Source: an uncultured bacterium (GTDB taxonomy: Bacteria; Hydrothermota; Tepidihabitantia; B3-TA06; CAYQJV01). Taken from it: a stretch of 64,000 bases of DNA. The stretch covers positions 22,192 through 86,191 of the forward strand of contig CAYQJV010000001.1 in the NCBI GenBank assembly GCA_964417925.1. The letters run 5' to 3'. Every line of letters begins with the position of its first letter. The stretch's first letter is position 1. A model generated the notes under the pieces. It made no database searches. It was not told the DNA's origin and was given only the letters and a program-made list of their open reading frames with translations. The position numbers were made by a program, and so were the translations under genes. Shown in pieces: positions 58,333-64,000 of the stretch.

Positions 58333-61300
58333 GCAGGTATAAAATAGTAGAAAAGATAGGGGAGGGAAATTACACCGTAGTATATAGAGCATATGACATC
58401 CTTTCTCAGAAGGAAGTGGCATTAAAAACTCTAAAGAACAAAGGAATTGATCCCGTGATTCTTAAAAGAGAGTATGTATTTTTAAAAAAATGCTCCCATC
58501 CTTATATAGTAAAGGTATATGAAGCAGGGTACTTAAAAGACACTCCTTATTTTACAATGGAGTACATAAAAGGAGAGGATATAAAGCAGTATCTAAAAAA
58601 GAAACGAAACGAGCAAAATTTCTGGACAATTTTTTCCACGCTCTTTTTAAAAATAGTTGCAGGAGTATCCCACTTTCACTTTAAAGGAATAATACATGGC
58701 GATCTCAAACCAAACAATATTCTTGTAGATGAACAGGACAATGTGAAAATAATAGATTTTGGTTTTGCCTTATTAAAAGGAGAAAAACCAGAGGGAACTA
58801 CAGTAGTATACACTGCTCCTGAAATCCTTAAAGGAAACCTTGATTATAGAGCAGACATTTATGCTATAGGGATGATAATGTACGAAATTATAGAAGGTAA
58901 AGATTTATTTACTCAACTCACCCCTGTAAATATTGTAAAAGAAAAGTTAAAATTTATTCCTTCTTTTTCAAAACCTATACCTTCTGAACTTAAAAATCTT
59001 GTGAAAAATATGCTTTCTCCAGAACCTTTCTTCAGACCGGATGCAAAAGAAATATACAGCACACTTTCAAAACTATCTGCAGAAAAAATAGAGATACAAT
59101 CCCAAGAGGAAATGACCACAATGCCAGTGGTAGGAAGAGAAGAACTAATAGATACTGCTTTAAAAGAGGGTAACAAAATAATATTCTATGGAGACCATGG
59201 TTATGGAAAATCAACTTTATTAAAAGAAATATCTTTTAGGGCTTGGCTTAAGAAAAAAAGGGTATTTGAAATCAATAAAGATAAAGAATACCTGCTTCTT
59301 GAATATTTAAAAACTCACTATAAAGTTAAAGCAACATCCAGGGAACATCTGTTTGCAGATATTGTATCCTCCCTTGAGAAAGAGTACGACATCTTCATAT
59401 TTGATGACCTACATCTATACTCTGAAGATGATATTGAGTTTGCAAGGTATCTTTATCTTTCCACAAAGAAGAATGTAATATTCTCAGCATTACCTTTAGA
59501 GTCCTTAAAAAAGAAGTTTGAAGAACCAGGCAGAATAGCGATAAAAAATATTCCTTCATTATCACCTAAAGAAATAAAAACTCTTGTATATATTCTTTTC
59601 CCAACCCTATCTCAGAAAGAGGAACTTACAGAAGAGCTCTATAGAATAACAAAAGGAATACCTCTGCTTTTAAAAAGCATTATTGAGATATTTTTAAAAG
59701 AAAAAATCCTTAAAAAAGAAGAGGATAAATTTATTTTTAATAGAGAGAAAATCAAAGGGTTAGAACTACCGAAAACTGTAAAAGAATTTGTAAAGAATTC
59801 ATTCAAAGAATTAAATGAAGATGAAAAAAACTTCTTACTTGCTGTCCACCTATTAAAAGACTTTGCATCCTTATCCAACATCTATCAAATGGTACAACTA
59901 AAAGAGGATAAGATATATTCCATAGCAGAAAGTTTAAAAATAAAAGAACTTATAAAAATAATCCAAAAAAACAACACAATTATCTACACACTTTCAACTG
60001 GAATTTATATCCCCTTTATAAAAAAACTAAAAAGTTATAAAGACCTTTTGGAAAAAAGTATAAAAATAATTGAAAAGGAAAACAGCACCAAAAAAATATA
60101 TCTTCTTGCAGAATACAACCATATTCTCGGTAAAAAAGAAAAGGCAGTTGATTATCTCTACACTGCAGTAAATACGGCAAGAAAAACCTCCCTCCTTTGT
60201 GAAGCAAAGAAATTTATAGAAATACTCATCCAGAACTATCCTATAGAAGACATACCAAACCCTTGCAAATTTTGTATTGTAGCCGGAGACATCTATCTAC
60301 TGCTTCATGAATTAAAAAAGGCTCAGACATTTTTCTCAATATCATTTTCCTTCTGCCCTCAAGAAAGAAAAAGTGATATTCATCACAGGATTGCTCAAAC
60401 AATGTTTTATCAGGGAAATATCAAAGATGCAAAACTGGAAACAATAAAGGGATTAAAATATGCAAAAGATAAACATGAATTATTGAATTTTCTATCATGG
60501 CTTTACATCTTTGATGGTGAAAAGCAAAGAGCAGAAAGAATCTTAAACCATGTAATAGCACATACAAATAACAAAGAGATACTTTCAAATGCATACTATA
60601 ACCTTGCAATACTTTACAAAAAATATAACCAATTTATTAAATGTGCTACGGTGCTTGGGAAAAGCATAAAATATCTAAAGGAAAAAGACATCTATGGTTA
60701 TGCGTTAAGACTTGAAATTGCTTGTGAAATGCTACTTCAGAAGGGATTTTTTAGAAATGCAGAAAGAATACTTTTAAAAATAAAAAATATTTGGGGAAAA
60801 ATTAAAAACTTAAATAAATATACATCAACTTTAATAAACATGGGAAGAATAAAAAGATTTGAAAATCCCAAAAAAGCACTTGAATACTTCCATCAAGCAG
60901 AAATCATGAGTCTCAAAATAAAAGATTATGAACTTTTTGCAAGTGCCCTTCTTAACTCTGCATTCTTATTTGAAACATACGGAAGAACTGAACAGGCTCT
61001 TGAAAGCATAGGTAAACTTCTTACATACGAACAAAAAATTTCAGAAGAGAGATTTTGTAAAGGAGTTTTTTATTATACAAAGTATCTACTTTTAACGAAT
61101 CAGATAGAAAAAGCAGAAGAATTTCTTAAAACCATCAAAAGGAAAGACTCTTCTTGGTGCCTTTTATCACAGACATTGGTTCTTTTTGAAAAAAATGATG
61201 ATAAAAGATTCAGAAAGGAGATGGTAGAAATACTATTAAGGGAAAATACCGAAGAAGAAGTCTCTGAAGCTCTTAATATTCTTTTTGAATATCATTACAA

Positions 61301-63149
61301 TAAAAATGATTTGGAAAGATGTAAAACCATCCTTGAAAGGATTAAAAAGATATCATATGCGAAAAAAAATCCTTTTAAAGAAGTTGAGATAATGTTAAAA
61401 ACAGCAATCCTTTTAAAAGATAAAAAACTACTTGAAGAAACAATAAAAAGAGCAGAAAGAATTCACTATTTCAATGCAAAACCCCTTGCCCTATCTATAC
61501 TTGGAAAGATATATTATGAGAAAGGAGATTACTTGAAGGCATATAAACATCTAAAAGAAGCAAGGGAAAATTTTGAGAGAATAGGAATGATAAATACCGC
61601 AGAAAAGATAAAAAAATATGAAGAAAAAGCAAAGGAAAAAAGTATAGAAATCCAAGTACCGGAAAGGAAATACTTAGATACACTTGAAAGAATAAGCGCT
61701 GTGGTAAAGGACTATTTTGGAAAAGATGAGTTTTTCCTTGAACTTTTAAACATTCTGATAGAAGCAACCTCTGCAGAAAGAGGAATGGTCATGATAGGGG
61801 AGAACCAAGAAAATCTATACTGCGTGGGAACTACAAATATAGATGAAGTTACTTATGTCGATGCAACCGCATTTTCAAAGACTGTATTAAAACATGTAAG
61901 AGAAGGTAAAAGAGGGATATATACAGAAGATGCAACAAAAGATCCCAGGTTTAAAGATGCAGAAAGTGTCAAACTAAAAGAGATAAAGTCAATTCTATGC
62001 GTTCCATTAATGGCAAAAGATGAAGTTATAGGAGTTCTCTATCTTGATAGTTCACTCAAAAAAGGACTCTTTACAGAAGAAACTCTAAAATTCATGGAGT
62101 CTGTATCAAATATAATAGGCACATTTGTGTATACCTCTTATACCGCAGAGAAAAAGTTTAAAGAACTTGAAAGGATAAAACTAAAAACTCAAGAAATAGT
62201 AATAGGAAGATCAAGAAAAATAAAAAGGATATTCAAGGAAATCCAACAAATTGCTCAAACAGATTCAAACATCCTCCTTATAGGAGAAACAGGAACAGGT
62301 AAAGGGGTAATTGCACGGTTAATTCATGAAAAGAGCAGGCGGAGCGAATATCTCTTTCAGTATATAAACTGTGGAGCAATTCCCTATGAACTATTTGAAG
62401 CAGAACTATTTGGATACAAAAAAGGAGCCTTCACAGGTGCAAGAGAAACAAGAAAGGGCTTACTTGAAGAGGCTCATAAAGGAACCGTTTTTTTGGATGA
62501 AATAGCAAATATTCCAATATCTGTCCAGGCAAAGTTGCTGGATGTAATAGAGCGAAAAAAAATAAGAAGGCTTGGAGAAAATATAGAAAGGGATATTGAT
62601 GTAAGGTTTATATTTGCAACAAACAGAGATTTAGAACAAGAAATAGAAAAGGAAAAGTTCAGAAATGACCTGTATTACCGAATTTCAACAACTGTTATTG
62701 AAATTCCACCACTAAGAGAAAGAAAAGAAGATATTCCTATATTTGTAGATTTCTTCATAGATAAATTTTCAAAAGAACTTAACAAAAATATAAAGGGAGT
62801 TTCACAAGAAGCCATGGAAATACTATTAAAATACCACTGGCCAGGAAATATAAGAGAGCTTTCCAATGTAATTGAACGGGCTGTAATTATGGCAGATAAA
62901 GAAACCATAGGCAAAAATCACATAGATAGAGGAATAATTGAATCAGTAATACCACCAGCCCCTCTAAAAATTGAAACAGAAAAAGTAAAGAAAGAGATGA
63001 TAATAAAGGCACTTCAACTCCACAAAGGTAACATCAAAAAAACAGCCCAATACCTGCACATAACCCGTCAACACCTCTCCAGGCTTTTAAAAAGATACAA
63101 CATTGACCCAGCCCAGTATAAACACCCCCAAAACCCCCAAAAAGTGTAA
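58329..63149 (+). CDS. Multidomain one-component regulator: Ser/Thr protein kinase + P-loop NTPase + TPR array + GAF + sigma-54 activator AAA+ + Fis-type HTH (1606 aa)
   Basis: Kinase motifs VALKTL, HGDLKPNN (58695-718), DFG, APE. P-loop GDHGYGKST (59190-216). Long TPR-like helical repeats. GAF-like block LLNILIEATSAERGMVMIG…VLYLDS. Sigma-54 AAA+ Walker A GETGTGKG (62283-306), GAFTGA (62424-41), Walker B VFLDEI, WPGNIRELSNVIERA. C-terminal HTH KTAQYLHITRQHLSRLLKRY. Confidence 0.8.
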   Translation: MSRYKIVEKIGEGNYTVVYRAYDILSQKEVALKTLKNKGIDPVILKREYVFLKKCSHPYIVKVYEAGYLKDTPYFTMEYIKGEDIKQYLKKKRNEQNFWTIFSTLFLKIVAGVSHFHFKGIIHGDLKPNNILVDEQDNVKIIDFGFALLKGEKPEGTTVVYTAPEILKGNLDYRADIYAIGMIMYEIIEGKDLFTQLTPVNIVKEKLKFIPSFSKPIPSELKNLVKNMLSPEPFFRPDAKEIYSTLSKLSAEKIEIQSQEEMTTMPVVGREELIDTALKEGNKIIFYGDHGYGKSTLLKEISFRAWLKKKRVFEINKDKEYLLLEYLKTHYKVKATSREHLFADIVSSLEKEYDIFIFDDLHLYSEDDIEFARYLYLSTKKNVIFSALPLESLKKKFEEPGRIAIKNIPSLSPKEIKTLVYILFPTLSQKEELTEELYRITKGIPLLLKSIIEIFLKEKILKKEEDKFIFNREKIKGLELPKTVKEFVKNSFKELNEDEKNFLLAVHLLKDFASLSNIYQMVQLKEDKIYSIAESLKIKELIKIIQKNNTIIYTLSTGIYIPFIKKLKSYKDLLEKSIKIIEKENSTKKIYLLAEYNHILGKKEKAVDYLYTAVNTARKTSLLCEAKKFIEILIQNYPIEDIPNPCKFCIVAGDIYLLLHELKKAQTFFSISFSFCPQERKSDIHHRIAQTMFYQGNIKDAKLETIKGLKYAKDKHELLNFLSWLYIFDGEKQRAERILNHVIAHTNNKEILSNAYYNLAILYKKYNQFIKCATVLGKSIKYLKEKDIYGYALRLEIACEMLLQKGFFRNAERILLKIKNIWGKIKNLNKYTSTLINMGRIKRFENPKKALEYFHQAEIMSLKIKDYELFASALLNSAFLFETYGRTEQALESIGKLLTYEQKISEERFCKGVFYYTKYLLLTNQIEKAEEFLKTIKRKDSSWCLLSQTLVLFEKNDDKRFRKEMVEILLRENTEEEVSEALNILFEYHYNKNDLERCKTILERIKKISYAKKNPFKEVEIMLKTAILLKDKKLLEETIKRAERIHYFNAKPLALSILGKIYYEKGDYLKAYKHLKEARENFERIGMINTAEKIKKYEEKAKEKSIEIQVPERKYLDTLERISAVVKDYFGKDEFFLELLNILIEATSAERGMVMIGENQENLYCVGTTNIDEVTYVDATAFSKTVLKHVREGKRGIYTEDATKDPRFKDAESVKLKEIKSILCVPLMAKDEVIGVLYLDSSLKKGLFTEETLKFMESVSNIIGTFVYTSYTAEKKFKELERIKLKTQEIVIGRSRKIKRIFKEIQQIAQTDSNILLIGETGTGKGVIARLIHEKSRRSEYLFQYINCGAIPYELFEAELFGYKKGAFTGARETRKGLLEEAHKGTVFLDEIANIPISVQAKLLDVIERKKIRRLGENIERDIDVRFIFATNRDLEQEIEKEKFRNDLYYRISTTVIEIPPLRERKEDIPIFVDFFIDKFSKELNKNIKGVSQEAMEILLKYHWPGNIRELSNVIERAVIMADKETIGKNHIDRGIIESVIPPAPLKIETEKVKKEMIIKALQLHKGNIKKTAQYLHITRQHLSRLLKRYNIDPAQYKHPQNPQKV

Positions 63150-63162
63150 CATTTATGTTACA
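63145..63162. promoter_or_regulatory. UAS-4: palindrome TGTAACATTTATGTTACA overlapping the regulator's stop codon
   Basis: TAA stop (63147-49) is inside the left half-site. C-rich flank cccccaaaaag. Confidence 0.6.
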
Positions 63163-63217
63163 TTTTGAGGCGGTCTAAGTTACGTAATTAAGTATATATA
63201 CAAATACCCCCAAAAAG

Positions 63218-63235
63218 TGTAACATTTATGTTACA
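63218..63235. promoter_or_regulatory. UAS-5: palindrome TGTAACATTTATGTTACA
   Basis: Centre is 73 bp from UAS-4 and about 70 bp upstream of the -24 element. Confidence 0.6.
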
Positions 63236-63294
63236 TTTTGAAAAAACCCCAATTTTTAAGTTACGGTGTTTTTTGACTTAATTTTTAAAATCTT

Positions 63295-63310
63295 TGGCAT
63301 GTTTTTCGCT
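63295..63310 (+). promoter_or_regulatory. Predicted sigma-54 promoter (TGGCAT-N5-TCGC), second copy
   Basis: 29-bp block identical to 51641-51669. SD AAGGAGGT and ATG at 63371 lie downstream. Confidence 0.6.
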
Positions 63311-63370
63311 ATATAATTATTAGTGTATGAAAAGGGAAATAAAAAACAAAAAAATAAAAAGGAGGTAAAC

Positions 63371-63532
63371 ATGAAAAAGTTGTTAGCATTGCTTGTTTTT
63401 GTTGGTGGTTTGCTTTTTGCTGATCCGCCTTCCCCTTGTGGTGGACCTGGAGATGATCCTCCTGATCCTACACCACCACCTCCTATTCCTATAGACGTAG
63501 AAAATATTGTTGAGGTGATACCGGGGGAGTAA
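63371..63532 (+). CDS. Small secreted Pro/Asp-rich peptide (53 aa precursor)
   Basis: Strong SD. Signal peptide MKKLLALLVFVGGLLFA. Mature DPPSPCGGPGDDPPDPTPPPPIPIDVENIVEVIPGE. The ORF track's 63323 start lacks an SD and sits at the predicted TSS. Confidence 0.55.
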   Translation: MKKLLALLVFVGGLLFADPPSPCGGPGDDPPDPTPPPPIPIDVENIVEVIPGE

Positions 63533-63735
63533 TGCTTAGAACTGAGGGGGCAATAAGGCTGAAGGCGAGAAAGGGATTAAAGGGATTAGAGATAAAGAAT
63601 GGGGACTATGTACGCATATTCACCACTACCCTGGATGATGAGTTTCTTGCAGAAATCCTTCGTTCTGTACCCAGATGTTATGAAGTACGGATAAAGCATG
63701 AAAGATTTGATGTTGAACTTTCCCTTACGCATTAG
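63532..63735 (+). CDS. Hypothetical 67-aa protein, start overlapping the upstream stop (TAATG)
   Basis: ORF with 1-nt start/stop overlap to the peptide gene. No recognisable motif. Confidence 0.35.
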   Translation: MLRTEGAIRLKARKGLKGLEIKNGDYVRIFTTTLDDEFLAEILRSVPRCYEVRIKHERFDVELSLTH

Positions 63736-63779
63736 CATGGGGAGGGGGTGTTGTCTATGGAGCATAGGAAAGGAGTAAA

Positions 63780-64000
63780 GAATGTTAAGGATGAGTAGGA
63801 GAATAGTTGCCACTATAAGAGAGCCTGATAAGGATAGAAGAGGAAGGGTAGTTGCTGTAATAATAGAACCTTATGAAATAGTATCTTTTAAAGAAATTTT
63901 GAAACTTGCATGCAATGGAACGGTATTTTATGTCAAAAATGGACATTACTTAGAAAGTGTACTGCCTTTTGATAGGGATGGAGATGGAAAGCCTGATTCC
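63780..64000 (+). CDS. Hypothetical protein, 3'-partial (runs off window)
   Basis: SD AGGAG 6-7 nt before the ATG at 63780. Open frame to window end. Not in the ORF track because it has no stop. Confidence 0.3.

Overview
AT-rich, gene-dense bacterial chromosome segment of about 64 kb, mostly housekeeping genes in tight operons. Several thermophile or archaeal-flavoured traits are present: a V-type ATPase subunit I, a bifunctional IPCT/DIPPS gene for di-myo-inositol-phosphate synthesis, archaeal-type PheRS alpha/beta, and a 1-Cys peroxiredoxin with a Cys-rich tail. Recognisable genes run from the partial V-ATPase subunit I gene at the left edge through to pdxJ at 50.6-51.3 kb; each is listed in the feature table. 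At least four proteins carry C-terminal type-IX-secretion (T9SS) sorting domains (two large S8 subtilisins and two paralogous ~850-aa beta-propeller-like proteins), and a PorV/PorQ-like outer-membrane protein lies nearby. The most unusual region is 51.3-63.8 kb. It holds a 1606-aa single polypeptide fusing a Hanks-type Ser/Thr kinase, a P-loop NTPase, a TPR array, a GAF domain, a sigma-54 activator AAA+ domain (GAFTGA) and a Fis-type HTH. On both sides of this gene sit copies of a perfect 18-bp palindrome (TGTAACATTTATGTTACA) at 72-73 bp spacing, each set followed by an identical 29-bp block carrying a sigma-54 -24/-12 element (TGGCAT-N5-TCGC). These two predicted sigma-54 promoters drive (i) a tandemly duplicated, mosaic (gene-converted) two-gene cassette encoding a small Trp-rich secreted protein plus a large T9SS-CTD protein, and (ii) a small Pro-rich secreted peptide operon that runs off the window. 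Copy 1 of the large gene has a homopolymer-T frame problem at its start that could be a recoding or phase-variation site. An ORF-free, strand-biased 540-bp region upstream of pheS remains unexplained. No rRNA, tRNA, CRISPR or transposase genes were seen.
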